A stretch of DNA of 64,000 nucleotides, from the NCBI GenBank assembly GCA_964016885.1, contig OZ024742.1, positions 146,320,001-146,384,000 on the forward strand. Reading direction: 5' to 3'. The position numbers were made by a program, and so were the translations under genes. Each line of letters opens with the position of its first letter. The stretch's first letter is position 1. Of the stretch, positions 39,150 to 53,900 are shown piece after piece. The notes below the pieces were generated by a model, which saw only the letters and a program-made list of their open reading frames with translations, made no database searches and was not told where the DNA came from. The DNA comes from Eledone cirrhosa. Lineage: Eukaryota.

Positions 39150-40200
39150 GCAAAGTGCCGGAGAATGACAAAGTAAATATACTCTGGGATATGCTAATAC
39201 ACAAAGATGGAGAGATCAAAGACAACTGACTAAATATTACAATCAAAGACCACAAAGAAAGGAAGGAAATGGCTCCTAATTGATGTATCAGTCCTCACAG
39301 ATGACAATATCTCTCTCAAAGTAATGGAGAAATTATTGAAATACAAAAATCTGGAGATAAAAATAATTCAAATGTTGATTATGAAAACAGAAACAATCCC
39401 CTTAATAGTAGATGCTCTGGGAATGATAAAAAAAATCAACAGACAGATACATAAACAAAATTCTAGGACTTACAAATATATCAGGGGTGGTGGAACTGGA
39501 AGGGCAAGTGGGGTCATGCCCCTCCCCCCTCCCCTCAATAATTATATATTTCTCCCACGTCTCTATTTGTATATGTGCTTAGATTTATGTACATGTTATG
39601 TTTATCGCACATTGAAGTGTTTTATATCTTGGTTGATATTTGATAACAGCTAAACTAATCACTACAACTAAAATGACCAAATTTACCCCACCCCCCCTGC
39701 GCTCTCCTTTCCCAATTCAGAAATGCTTCCACCATCTGTGTATATACAACATTCTACATGATAAAACCACCCAGTACATGTTGTAAAGTGGTTGGTAGTA
39801 GAAAGGGCATCCAGCCATAGAAAGTTTACCAAACAAGAGGTACTTAAATTGTGTCACAGACATGGCAACCTCTCTAGTGCTGGTGCCATGATAAAATGTA
39901 CTTGATAGAATGTGGAACCACATATAAGTGAGATGAGAACATCCCCCCACCCCCCAGCCTGTCTGGGAAGTTAGTAGCCCCACTTCAGTACAGATTCTGT
40001 CTCTGAAGATTCGTCCAATCATTTGTAGTAGGGAAAGTGAACATAATGATGATGATGATGATGATGATGATGACAGTAAATAGCAATACTAGGCACTGCA
40101 CACATATTACAAAAGTACTTTCAATACATTAGAAACAACATAATGAAAAACAATATTGCACATACCCAAGGCATACAGAGCCGTACTTGGTAATGCAGTA
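39150..40200 (+). mobile_element. Second R4/Dong-like endonuclease fragment, split by insertions
   Basis: KVPENDKVNILWD...LIDVSV...MEKLLKYKNLEIKI...IPLIVDALG (39150-39480), resuming as AILGTAHI at ~40082. Confidence 0.75.
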
Positions 40201-40242
40201 ACAACACGCAATGAATATGATAATAATAACACTAATAATAAT

Positions 40243-40425
40243 AATTGTTTCTACTTTTGGCACAAGGCCAGCAATTACCCAGTACATTACTGGTACTTTA
40301 TTTTATCGACCCCCGTAAGGATGAAAGAAAAAAGTTAACCTCGCCGGGATTTGAACTCAGAGCATAAAGGGACGTAACTCTATGCTTCAAAGCATGGTGT
40401 CCGACTCTCTACCGATACTGCCAAT
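40243..40425 (-). mobile_element. SINE family 1
   Basis: A box tggcagtatcgg, B box gagttcaaatcc, core and end. Confidence 0.9.
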
Positions 40426-41440
40426 GCTTTCTTTATTAACCACAAGGGTTTACACAAAGTAGACATTAAGGACAGTACAGGACAATACAGGACGGTACAA
40501 ATGGGCATTTCTGTGCGTAAAAAAAACAAAAAAAAACAGAGGATGTAATAAAAGAACAATGAAAAATTCCCCAATAGGGGGGAGACTTCCGAAGGCCATC
40601 GTGGAGAAAGCCCATTAAAAAAAGCCACGGTGACCCTGACCACCAGGGCAATTGTCCTCTCCCAGTTTGCCACCTTCAATTTACAGGCATATACTCAGAG
40701 TACAGAGTACTCGGCCCATTCTTGCTTCTCTCACCCATCTTTCAACAAAAAGCTGGGAAGGGAGCACCTCCCTCTCTACCCTGATTTTCCTTTTCAAATG
40801 AAATATTTCTTTATTGGCCACAAGGGCAGATAATAATAACAGTAGTAGTAGTAGTCGTAGTAGTAGTAGTAGTGGTAGTAGTAATAATAATGCTTTCTTT
40901 ATTAACCACAAGGGTTTACATAAAGTAGACATTAAGGACAGTGCAGGACAATACAGGACAGTATAAATGGGCATTTCTGCGTGTAAAAAACAAAAACAGA
41001 GGATGTAACAAAAAATAACAATGAAAAATTCCCCAATAGGGGGAGACTTCCGAGGGACATTTGTGGAGAAAGCCCATTAAAAGGCCACAGTGACCCTGAC
41101 CACCAGGGCAAGTGCCCTCTCCCAGTTTTCCACCTTTAATTTACAGACACATACTCAGAGTAGGCCCATTCACTCGGCCCATTCTTGCTTCTCTCACCCA
41201 TCTTTCAACAAAATGCTGGGAAGAGAGCACTTCCCTCTCTACTCTGATTTTCCTTTTTAAACGAAATTTGAAAAAAGTTAATCAGGGCATCACCGAAGAG
41301 GTAAGTGCTCGTCTTCAGCCCTTTCAAACGTGTCCACCATACTATCTCTTTCGCCATGGCCACCAGACAGATAAAAACTGCCTGCCCTTCCCGGCTAAAG
41401 GAAGAGGGCGGGGCAATCCTCACGATGGACTCAAGAAGAA
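40426..41440 (-). mobile_element. Two tandem Tx1/L1-like LINE 3' ends (40426-40805, 40890-41440)
   Basis: AVFICLVAMAKEIVWWTRLKG...FVERWVREARM plus UTR and aataaa. Homologous to 23875-24255. Confidence 0.75.
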
Positions 41441-41452
41441 GAATAGTTATAA

Positions 41453-41635
41453 TAATTGTTTCTACTTTAGGCACAAGGCCAGCAATTACTCAGTTCATTA
41501 CTGGTACTTTATTTTATCGACCCCGTAAGGATGAAAGGCAAAGTCAACCTCGGCGGGATTTGAACTCAGATCGTAAAGGGACGTAACTATGTTGGAAAGC
41601 ATGGCGTCCGACCCTCTACCGATACTGCCAATCCA
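41453..41635 (-). mobile_element. SINE family 1, near full length
   Basis: A and B boxes plus core. Confidence 0.92.
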
Positions 41636-41900
41636 TAATAATGGTGATGATGATGTTGATAATGATAGTAATAATAATAGTAATAATAATAACAGTAATG
41701 AAGATTTCCTTTATAAGATGAAACAGAAGACTAGAGAAGGCAATGATGAAGAAGTAGGTCATAATATTAAAGATATATTGAATGAGATCATGCAACGGCT
41801 GTATACATATGAATGTGAGTGGATATATGTATGTGTGTGCGTGTTATTCTCTTCTTTATCTCTATCTTGTCTCTCTGTTTACACACGCACATACACACAT

Positions 41901-41947
<47 letters not shown>

Positions 41948-41973
41948 GAGAGAGAAAGTTGGAGAAGAAGGAG

Positions 41974-42013
<40 letters not shown>

Positions 42014-42112
42014 CATACATACACACACACATGCACACACATATATATATATACATACATAGATATGTATGTATATATATGTATATATATATACATACAT
42101 ATATACATATAC

Positions 42113-42149
<37 letters not shown>

Positions 42150-42162
42150 CATACATATATAC

Positions 42163-42232
<70 letters not shown>

Positions 42233-42235
42233 ATG

Positions 42236-42274
<39 letters not shown>

Positions 42275-42284
42275 ACATATATAC

Positions 42285-42336
<52 letters not shown>

Positions 42337-42584
42337 TGTTTTATATTGTGATCCTCCATCAATATCTGTTGTGTATGAATCACTGACAAATGTCATGTAC
42401 AGTTCACTGCTTTGATCAAACAACTCCTGCAAACTTTATCTTACGTTAGATTATGTTATATAACCTGATTCCTTCTGTGCCACCACCTGCCACCCACCAG
42501 TGGCTCTCCCTCAGTCCCTCCCTCACTCCATCAGTTTCTCCCTCAGTCCAACCATCTCTCCGTCACTCCCTCAGTCTCTCCCTC

Positions 42585-42875
42585 ACCCCATCCGTCTTTC
42601 CCTCACCCCCATCCGTCTTTCCCTCACTCCATCCGTCTTTCCCTCACCCCCATCCGTCTTTCCCTCACTCCATCCGTCTTTCCCTCACTCCATCCGTCTT
42701 TCCCTCACTCCATCCGTCTTTCCCTCACTCCATCCGTCTTTCCCTCACTCCATCCGTCTTTCCCTCACTCCATCCGTCTTTCCCTCACTCCATCCGTCTT
42801 TCCCTCACCCCATCCGTCTTTCCATCACCCCATCCGTCTTTCCCTCACCCCATCCATCTTTCCCTCACTCCATCA
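42585..42875. repeat. 20-bp minisatellite (catccgtctttccctcactc), about 14 copies
   Basis: Directly visible. Confidence 0.95.
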
Positions 42876-43604
42876 GTCTCTCATCCAGTCATCCTCTCCT
42901 TCTTTCCTCCCTCTCTTACTCATCTGACACTATAAGATATGGCTCTCCTAAGTTTTCATTTACCCCTCCATCATAAACATGGTTTACTCCTTATTACTGT
43001 AACAAAATATACTTCACCCTTACCTTAGTCACTCCCCACCCTTTGCTGATATGGCCTGTCTTTACCTTTTCTCCTTGCTGTAACAAGAGGTAATACAACA
43101 GCCCACTTTACTTTTACCTCAAAGGGTTCTGCTTACTCTTATAACAAAACACAACCTTCCCACTACAATATAGCACAAAGCAAGACATAATTAAACAACA
43201 ATACCACCACCACCACCACCACCACCACCATCACCATCACCACCACCAATTACAGCAACAACGACCATGACACCACCACCACCACCACCACCACCAACAA
43301 TAACAACAACCCCACCATTGCTACAACTACCACCACCACCACCACCACCACCACCACCACCAATTATAGCAACAACAACCATGACACCAACAACAATAAC
43401 AGTAACCATCACCACAACAACCACCACCATCACCAACAACAACAACAACAACTACTACTACCACCACCAACAATAACAATAACCAGCACCATCACAACCA
43501 CAACCATCACCACCAACAACAGCAACACCACCACCACCACCTCCATCACCGATTATAGCAACAACAACTATGACAACACTCTCAACAACAATAACTACTA
43601 GCAC

Positions 43605-46290
43605 CAATAACAACAACAACCACCAGCAACAACAACAACAACACCACTACTTCCATCACCATTATAACAACAACAACCACCAGCAACACCACCAACAACA
43701 CCACTACTTCCATCACCATTATAACAACAACAACCACCAGCAACAACAACAACAACAACACCACTACTTCCATCACCATTATAACAACAACCACCAACAA
43801 CAACAACAACAACACCACTACTTCCATCACCATTATAACAACAACCACCAGCAACAACACCACCAACAACACCACTACTTCCATCACCATTATAACAACA
43901 ACAACCACCAGCAACAACACCACCAACAACACCACTACTTCCATCACCATTATAACAACAACCACCAGCAACAACAACAACAACACCACCACTACTTCCA
44001 TCACCATTATAACAACAACCACCAACAACAACAACAACAACACCACTACTTCCATCACCATTATAACAACAACCACCAGCAACAACAACAACAACACCAC
44101 CACTTCCATCACCATTATAACAACAACAACCACCAGCAACAACACCACCAACAACACCACTACTTCCATCACCATTATAACAACAACCACCAGCAACAAC
44201 ACCACCAACAACACCACTACTTCCATCACCATTATAACAACAACAACCACCAGCAACAACACCACCACCAACACCACTACTTCCATCACCATTATAACAA
44301 CAACCACCAACAACAACAACAACAACACCACTACTTCCATCACCATTATAACAACAACCACCAGCAACAACACCACCAACAACACCACTACTTCCATCAC
44401 CATTATAACAACAACAACCACCAGCAACACCACCAACAACACCACTACTTCCATCACCATTATAACAACAACAACCAGCAACAACAACAACAACACCACT
44501 ACTTCCATCACCATTATAACAACAACCACCAACAACAACAACAACAACACCACTACTTCCATCACCATTATAACAACAACCACCAACAACAACAACAACA
44601 ACACCACTACTTCCATCACCATTATAACAACAACCACCAACAACAACAACAACAACACCACCACTTCCATCACCATTATAACAACAACAACCACCAGCAA
44701 CACCACCAACAACACCACTACTTCCATCACCATTATAACAACAACAACCACCAGCAACAACAACAACAACAACACCACCACTTCCATCACCATTATAACA
44801 ACAACCACCAGCAACACCACCAACAACACCACTACTTCCATCACCATTATAACAACAACCACCAGCAACAACACCACCAACAACACCACTACTTCCATCA
44901 CCATTATAACAACAACAACCACCAGCAACAACACCACCAACAACACCACTACTTCCATCACCATTATAACAACAACCACCAGCAACAACACCACCAACAA
45001 CACCACTACTTCCATCACCATTATAACAACAACCACCAACAACAACAACAACAACACCACTACTTCCATCACCATTATAACAACAACCACCAGCAACAAC
45101 AACAACAACAACACCACTACTTCCATCACCATTATAACAACAACAACCACCAGCAACACCACCAACAACACCACTACTTCCATCACCATTATAACAACAA
45201 CCACCAGCAACAACACCACCAACAACACCACTACTTCCATCACCATTATAACAACAACAACCACCAGCAACACCACCAACAACACCACTACTTCCATCAC
45301 CATTATAACAACAACAACCACCAGCAACAACAACAACAACAACACCACCACTTCCATCACCATTATAACAACAACCACCAGCAACAACAACAACAACACC
45401 ACCACTTCCATCACCATTATAACAACAACCACCAACAACAACAACAACAACACCACCACTTCCATCACCATTATAACAACAACCACCAGCAACAACACCA
45501 CCAACAACACCACTACTTCCATCACCATTATAACAACAACAACCACCAGCAACACCACCAACAACACCACTACTTCCATCACCATTATAACAACAACCAC
45601 CAACAACAACAACAACAACACCACCACTTCCATCACCATTATAACAACAACCACCAACAACAACAACAACAACACCACTACTTCCATCACCATTATAACA
45701 ACAACAACCACCAGCAACAACACCACCAACAACACCACTACTTCCATCACCATTATAACAACAACCACCAACAACAACAACAACAACACCACTACTTCCA
45801 TCACCATTATAACAACAACAACCACCAGCAACAACACCACCAACAACACCACTACTTCCATCACCATTATAACAACAACCACCACCAACAACAACAACAA
45901 CACCACTACTTCCATCACCATTATAACAACAACCACCAACAACAACAACAACAACACCACTACTTCCATCACCATTATAACAACAACAACCACCAGCAAC
46001 AACAACAACACCACCACCACTTCCATCACCATTATAACAACAACCACCAACAACAACAACAACAACACCACCACTTCCATCACCATTATAACAACAACAA
46101 CCACCAGCAACAACAACAACAACACCACCACTTCCATCACCATTATAACAACAACAACCACCAGCAACAACAACAACAACACCACCACTTCCATCACCAT
46201 TATAACAACAACCACCAGCAACAACAACAACAACACCACCACTTCCATCACCATTATAACAACAACCACCAGCAACACCACCAACAACAA
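43605..46290. repeat. ~54-60 bp triplet-based minisatellite, roughly 48 copies
   Basis: The constant core cttccatcaccattataac is separated by variable (aac)/(cac)/(caa) runs. Confidence 0.95.
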
Positions 46291-46320
46291 GAACAATCAT
46301 GGCACCACTACCAACAACAA

Positions 46321-46462
46321 TAATTGTTTCTACTTTAGGCACAAGGCCAGCAATAAACCAGTGTATTACTGGTACTTTATTTTATCGACCACCGTAAGGA
46401 TGAAAGGCAAAGTTAACCTCGGCGGGATTTGAACTCAGAATGGCAAGGGCCGTAACTCTATG
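46321..46462 (-). mobile_element. SINE family 1, truncated
   Basis: Core and B box. Confidence 0.88.
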
Positions 46463-46602
46463 CGTAACAATAATAACAGCAATAATCCCTGTGGAACCAG
46501 ATAGTCATACCCAAGAAATTATGAAAAAACAGGGTATTTCCTGCAAGATTTCACTGCCAGATGTTATATGATCATGTAGTCCCTCCTATCACTTAATGAG
46601 TA

Positions 46603-47064
46603 ACAGTGGCAGTGGGGTGAGGGGTGGTAGTGGGGGTGGGTGGTGGCAGTGGGGGTGGGGTGGAAGTAGGGTGAGGGGTGGAAGTGGGGGTGGGAGTGGA
46701 AGTGGGGGTGGGGGTGGCCGTGGGGCTGGTGTGTGGTGGCAGTGGGGGTGGGGTGGAAGTGGAGCAGGTGTGGGGTGGGTGGTGGCATTGGGAGTGGGGG
46801 TGGGGTGGCAGTGGGGCTGGTGTATGGTGGCATGGGGGTGGAAGTGGGGCAGGTGTGTGGTGACAGTGGGGGTGGGGTGGCAGTGGGGGTGGGGGTGGCA
46901 GTGGATGTGGGGGTGCAGTTGGGGGGGCCGGTGTGTGGTGGCAGTGGGGTGGGGTGGAAGCGGAGTAGGTGTGTGGTGGCAGTGGGGGTGGGGTGAGGGG
47001 TGGAGTGGGGCGGGTGGTGACAGTGGGGCAGGTGTGTGGTGGCAGGGTGTATGTGTGTGTGTGC

Positions 47065-47095
<31 letters not shown>

Positions 47096-47100
47096 GGGGG
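46603..47100. repeat. G-rich degenerate repeat (gtggcagtgggggtggggtg)
   Basis: Dense G4-G5 runs. Confidence 0.9.
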
Positions 47101-47227
47101 CAGTAGTGGTGGTGGTCTGTTTGTGCTGTAGTTAGTAGCATGGGTGGTAGTGATGGCAGTTATAGCAGTGGTAGTTTGGCCAGAGTAAATATTAGTGGCA
47201 GTGTTAGTAGTTAGAATAACTGTTGTT

Positions 47228-48800
47228 AGGTGGTGGTGGTGGTGGCGGTGTGTTGGTTGTGGTGGTGGTGGTAGTGGTGTGTTGGTTGTGGTGGTGGTGG
47301 TGATGGTGTGATGGTTGTGGTGGTGGTGGTGATAGTGTGTTGGTTGTGGTGGGGGGGGGGTTGTGGTGGTCGTGGTGTGTTGGTTGTTGTGGTGTGTGGT
47401 GGTGTGTTGGTTGGGTGGTGGTGGTGGTGTGTTGGTTGTGGTGGTGGTGGTGGTGTGGTGGTGGTGGGGAGGGGGGTCGTCATGGTGTGTTGGTTGTGGT
47501 GGTGTGTTGGTTGGGTGGTGGTGGTGGTGTGATGGTTGTGGTGGTGGTGGTGATGGTGTGTTGGTTGTGGTTGTGGTGGGGTGGGGGGGGGGTTGTGGTG
47601 TGTTGATTGTTGTGGTGTGTTGGTTGGGTGGTGGTGGTGGTGTGTTGGTTGTGGTGGTGGTGGTGGTGTGGTGGTGGTGGGGGTGGGGTCGTCATGGTGT
47701 GTTGGTTGTGGTGGTGTGTTGGTTGGGTGGTGGGGGTGGTGTGTTGGTTGTGGTGGTGGTGGTGGTGTGTTGGTGGTGGTGGTGTGTTGGTTGTGGTGGT
47801 TGTGGTCGTGGCATCATTGGTAGTAGTGGTAGCCAGGATGTGGTATATTTAGTAGCAGAGGTAGAGTAGCGATGGTGGGTAGTAGCAATGGTAGTTTTGG
47901 CCACAGTGCAAGGTGGTGGCAGAGTTGGTAGGGAGAGTAGTAACATTGTAAGGTGAAAGTTGGTGTTAAAGTATGTTTTCTGAGTCTTTTGTTTAGCATC
48001 ATCATTGTCATCAACATCCCCATCATTGTTATCATACCTACTACCACCACCATTGTCATTATAACCATTAATACCACCACCACCACCACCACCACCATAA
48101 CCACCACCACCACCACCACCACCACCACCACCACCACCACCGCCACCATAACCACAACCAACACACCACCACCACCACCACAACCAACACACCACCACAA
48201 CCACCACCACTACCACCACCACCACCATAACCACCACCACCACCACCACCACCACCAACACCGCCACCATAACCACCACCACCACCACCACCACCACCAC
48301 AACCACAACCAACACACCACCACCATCACCACCACCACCACCACCACCACCACCACCACCACCACACCATCACCACCACCACAACCAACACACCACCACC
48401 ACCACCACAACCAACACACCACCACCACCACCACCACAACCAACACACCACCACAACCACCACAACCACCACCACCACCACCACCACCACCACCACCACC
48501 ACCACCACCACCACCACCACCACAACCAACACACCATCACCACCACCACAACCAACACACCACCACCACCACCACCACAACCAACACACCACCACAACCA
48601 CCACAACCACCACACCACCACCACCACCACAACCAACACACACACCACCACCACCACCACCACCACCACAACCACCACCACCACCACCACCACCACCACC
48701 ACCACCACCACAACCAACACACCATCACCACCACCACCACAACCAACACACCACCACAACCACCACAACCACCACCAACACCACCACCGCCACCATAATC
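47228..48800. repeat. Opposed (GGT)-rich (47228-47810) and (ACC)-rich (48070-48800) arrays
   Basis: ggtggtgtgttggttgt on the left and its reverse complement acaaccaacacaccacc on the right. Confidence 0.88.
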
Positions 48801-49025
48801 ATACACACCTCCCCTGTTTTATGTACCATTTTTATTCACTTTTCATACATTTTTTTTTTTTTCACTAAATTCTTTTCTTCTCTTTTACTTCAGAAATTAC
48901 TTCAATTCATAAAGTTACAATATTATATATTTAGGGTTATTGTTCACCACTCTCACTACCATCATCATCATCAACAACATCATCAAAACCAACATCATCA
49001 ACATCACTAATAACAATAACCCTAT

Positions 49026-49212
49026 GGCGGTGGATTGGCAGTATCGGTAGAGGGTCGGGTGCCATGCTTTGAAGCATAGAGGTACCTCCCTTTATGATCT
49101 GAGTTCAAATCCCGCCGAGGTTAACTTTGCCTTTCATCCTTACGGGGTCGATAAAATAAAGTACCAGTAATGTACTGGGTAAATGCTGGCCCTGTGCCAA
49201 TAGTAGAAACAA
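49026..49212 (+). mobile_element. Full-length SINE family 1
   Basis: ggcggtggattggcagtatcgg...gagttcaaatcc...gtagaaacaa. Confidence 0.93.
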
Positions 49213-49309
49213 TTATATATATATAATATTATAGAGTGAACCTCTTCAAATGAAGTTGATGTTTATTACGGTATGTCGAATATATTTATCTATAAAACTG
49301 TTTATATTG

Positions 49310-49375
49310 TATTTTGTCTGATGAAGGCATAGCATATTGTTAATATGATATCCCCGAAATATATATAATGAAATA
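49310..49375 (+). ncRNA. Type-I minimal hammerhead in a solo PLE end (~49230-49506)
   Basis: tattttgt-CTGATGA-aggcatagcatatt gtt aatatgatatcccc-GAAA-tatata-TA-atgaaata. The downstream sequence is homologous to 31865-31990, including actcc...gagtgct. Confidence 0.85.
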
Positions 49376-49750
49376 AATATGGTTTTATAAATATAGTTTT
49401 CCATTTATTTAATATTGTAAATATACTCCAAGTATTTGTCGAGTGCTTTTATATCAGTTATAAATATTTACTAGTTGTAACCCAACAATTTTAAATATAA
49501 CTTTACATGTATAATATTATATATATATATATGATATATATATATATTATATATATATATCATATATATATATATATATTATATATATATATTATATATA
49601 TATATATTATATATATATATTATGTATATATATTATATATATATATTATATATATAGTTTATATATATATATATTATATATATATTATATATATATATAT
49701 TATGTATATATATTATATATATATATTATATATATATATATTATATATAT

Positions 49751-49783
<33 letters not shown>

Positions 49784-50090
49784 ATATATATATATATTAT
49801 ATATATATATCATATATATATATTATATATATATATTATATATATATATCATATATATATTATATATATATATATTATATATATATACAAGCAGGGAAAA
49901 AGCGGACGTAAAATGAAATGATGATGAAAATGACAATATATATATATTATATATATATATTATATAGTTATGCAATAAACAACATATATATTGTTGTTAC
50001 TGCTATTTCTGTTCCCACTGCCAGTTACCACAACTAAATATAATAATTGTTGAAATAATTATCTTATGTTATTTATTACATAACTATATA

Positions 50091-50749
50091 ATCATCATCA
50101 TCATCATCATTTTACGTCCGCTTTTCCCTGCTTGCAAGGGTGGGACGGGTCTTATTCAGCACAGCATCTCTCCACTCGTCACGGTCCCTCGTCATCTCCA
50201 CCGTGAGCTTCAATGATCTGAGGTCTGTTCTCACCACCTCCGCCCATGTTTTTCGTGGTCTACCTCTACTACGTCTTCCTTCAACTGGCATTTCCTGGCA
50301 CTTCTTCACCCATCGGTCATCCTCCATGCGCATCACATGTCCATACCACCTCAGTCTCCTCTCCCGTACACTACATTCTATCCCTCTCAGACACAGTTTC
50401 TCTCTCAACACATTTATGCTGGGTCGTTCACGCACATTTACACTGCACATCCAACGGAGCATGCTTGCCTCATTTCTCTCCAGCCGTCGCATATCTTCTG
50501 CGGTAGCTGCCCATGTCTCACTACCATGCAGCATCGCGCTCCTCACACAGGCATCATACAACCGGCCTTTCGTACGCAGGGAGAAACCCTTCTTCGTCAA
50601 CAGAGGAAGCAGCTCCCTAAACTTCTTCCAACCCGTCCTTATTCTAGATACTATGGCCTCGGAACACCCTCCTCCCATGCTAATCTGATCTCCTAGGTAC
50701 CGGAAGCTATCCACCACTTCTATAGCGCCCTCTCGCATTTGAAAAATGT
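50091..50749 (-). mobile_element. RTE family B 3' part, truncated by the assembly gap
   Basis: Open frame FRYLGD...MLHGSETW...RLRWYGHVMR...TRPTLASREKRT* followed by (GAT)n. Confidence 0.95.
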
Positions 50750-50949
50750 NNNNNNNNNNNNNNNNNNNNNNNNNNNNNNNNNNNNNNNNNNNNNNNNNNN
50801 NNNNNNNNNNNNNNNNNNNNNNNNNNNNNNNNNNNNNNNNNNNNNNNNNNNNNNNNNNNNNNNNNNNNNNNNNNNNNNNNNNNNNNNNNNNNNNNNNNNN
50901 NNNNNNNNNNNNNNNNNNNNNNNNNNNNNNNNNNNNNNNNNNNNNNNNN
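50750..50949. other. Assembly gap (200 N)
   Basis: Run of n characters. Confidence 1.
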
Positions 50950-53900
50950 CTGTGGTTGTTGGGGATGGAGGTGGTGTGTTGGTGGTAGAGATGCTGTTGC
51001 TAGTGGTGGGGGTGATGTTGATGCTGTGGTTGTTGGTGATGGAGGTGGTGTGTTGGTTGTAGAGATGTTGTTGCTAGTGGTGGGGGTGATGTTGATGCTG
51101 TGGTTGTTGGTGATGGAGGTGGTGTGTTGGTTGTAGAGATGCTGTTGCTAGTGGTGGGGGTGATGTTGATGCTGTGGTTGTTGGTGATGGAGGTGGTGTG
51201 TTGGTTGTAGAGATGTTGTTGCTAGTGGTGGGGGTGATGTTGATGCTGTGGTTGTTGGGGATGGAGGTGGTGTGTTGGTTGTAGAGATGCTGTTGCTAGT
51301 GGTGGGGGTGATGTTGATGCTGTGGTTGTTGGTGATGGAGGTGGTGTGTTGGTTGTAGAGATGCTGTTGCTAGTGGTGGGGGTGATGTTGATGCTGTGGT
51401 TGTTGGTGATGGAGGTGGTGTGTTGGTTGTAGAGATGTTGTTGCTAGTGGTGGGGGTGATGTTGATGCTGTGGTTGTTGGTGATGGAGGTGGTGTGTTGG
51501 TTGTAGAGATGTTGTTGCTAGTGGTGGGGGTGATGTTGATGCTGTGGTTGTTGGTGATGGAGGTGGTGTGTTGGTTGTAGAGATGCTTGTTGCTAGTGGT
51601 GGGGGTGATGTTGATGCTGTGGTTGTTGGTGATGGAGGTGGTGTGTTGGTTGTAGAGATGTTGTTGCTAGTGGTGGGGGTGATGTTGATGCTGTGGTTGT
51701 TGGTGATGGAGGTGGTGTGTTGGTTGTAGAGATGCTGTTGCTAGTGGTGGGGGTGATGTTGATGCTGTGGTTGTTGGTGATGGAGGTGGTGTGTTGGTTG
51801 TAGAGATGCTTGTTGCTAGTGGTGGGGGTGATGTTGATGCTGTGGTTGTTGGTGATGGAGGTGGTGTGTTGGTTGTAGAGATGCTGTTGCTAGTGGTGGG
51901 GGTGATGTTGATGCTGTGGTTGTTGGTGATGGAGGTGGTGTGTTGGTTGTAGAGATGTTGTTGCTAGTGGTGGGGGTGATGTTGATGCTGTGGTTGTTGG
52001 TGATGGAGGTGGTGTGTTGGTTGTAGAGATGTTGTTGCTAGTGGTGGGGGTGATGTTGATGCTGTGGTTGTTGGTGATGGAGGTGGTGTGTTGGTTGTAG
52101 AGATGTTGTTGCTAGTGGTGGGGGTGATGTTGATGCTGTGGTTGTTGGTGATGGAGGTGGTGTGTTGGTTGTAGAGATGCTGTTGCTAGTGGTGGGGGTG
52201 ATGTTGATGCTGTGGTTGTTGGTGATGGAGGTGGTGTGTTGGTTGTAGAGATGTTGTTGCTAGTGGTGGGGGTGATGTTGATGCTGTGGTTGTTGGTGAT
52301 GGAGGTGGTGTGTTGGTTGTAGAGATGCTTGTTGCTAGTGGTGGGGGTGATGTTGATGCTGTGGTTGTTGGGGATGGAGGTGGTGTGTTGGTTGTAGAGA
52401 TGCTGTTGCTAGTGGTGGGGGTGATGTTGATGCTGTGGTTGTTGGTGATGGAGGTGGTGTGTTGGTTGTAGAGATGCTGTTGCTAGTGGTGGGGGTGATG
52501 TTGATGCTGTGGTTGTTGGTGATGGAGGTGGTGTGTTGGTTGTAGAGATGCTGTTGCTAGTGGTGGGGGTGATGTTGATGCTGTGGTTGTTGGGGATGGA
52601 GGTGGTGTGTTGGTTGTAGAGATGTTGTTGCTAGTGGTGGGGGTGATGTTGATGCTGTGGTTGTTGGTGATGGAGGTGGTGTGTTGGTTGTAGAGATGTT
52701 GTTGCTAGTGGTGGGGGTGATGTTGATGCTGTGGTTGTTGGGGATGGAGGTGGTGTGTTGGTTGTAGAGATGCTGTTGCTAGTGGTGGGGGTGATGTTGA
52801 TGCTGTGGTTGTTGGTGATGGAGGTGGTGTGTTGGTTGTAGAGATGTTGTTGCTAGTGGTGGGGGTGATGTTGATGCTGTGGTTGTTGGGGATGGAGGTG
52901 GTGTGTTGGTTGTAGAGATGCTGTTGCTAGTGGTGGGGGTGATGTTGATGCTGTGGTTGTTGGTGATGGAGGTGGTGTGTTGGTTGTAGAGATGTTGTTG
53001 CTAGTGGTGGGGGTGATGTTGATGCTGTGGTTGTTGGTGATGGAGGTGGTGTGTTGGTTGTAGAGATGCTGTTGCTAGTGGTGGGGGTGATGTTGATGCT
53101 GTGGTTGTTGGTGATGGAGGTGGTGTGTTGGTGGTAGAGATGCTGTTGCTAGTGGTGGGGGTGATGTTGATGCTGTGGTTGTTGGGGATGGAGGTGGTGT
53201 GTTGGTGGTAGAGATGTTGTTGCTAGTGGTGGGGGTGATGTTGATGCTGTGGTTGTTGGTGATGGAGGTGGTGTGTTGGTGGTAGAGATGTTGTTGCTAG
53301 TGGTGGGGGTGATGTTGATGCTGTGGTTGTTGGTGATGGAGGTGGTGTGTTGGTTGTAGAGATGCTGTTGCTAGTGGTGGGGGTGATGTTGATGCTGTGG
53401 TTGTTGGTGATGGAGGTGGTGTGTTGGTGGTAGAGATGCTGTTGCTAGTGGTGGGGGTGATGTTGATGCTGTGGTTGTTGGTGATGGAGGTGGTGTGTTG
53501 GTTGTAGAGATGCTGTTGCTAGTGGTGGGGGTGATGTTGATGCTGTGGTTGTTGGGGATGGAGGTGGTGTGTTGGTGGTAGAGATGTTGTTGCTAGTGGT
53601 GGGGGTGATGTTGATGCTGTGGTTGTTGGGGATGGAGGTGGTGTGTTGGTTGTAGAGATGCTGTTGCTAGTGGTGGGGGTGATGTTGATGCTGTGGTTGT
53701 TGGGGATGGAGGTGGTGTGTTGGTTGTAGAGATGCTGTTGCTAGTGGTGGGGGTGATGTTGATGCTGTGGTTGTTGGGGATGGAGGTGGTGTGTTGGTTG
53801 TAGAGATGTTGTTGCTAGTGGTGGGGGTGATGTTGATGCTGTGGTTGTTGGGGATGGAGGTGGTGTGTTGGTTGTAGAGATGCTGTTGCTAGTGGTGGGG

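Noticed and set aside
39482-39737. MITE with caggggtggtggaac terminus
   Set aside because: The right end matches only partially and there is no second copy in the window.
47228-48800. Telomeric repeat or telomere fusion
   Set aside because: No TTAGGG or other fixed short unit; these are GGT-based degenerate arrays.
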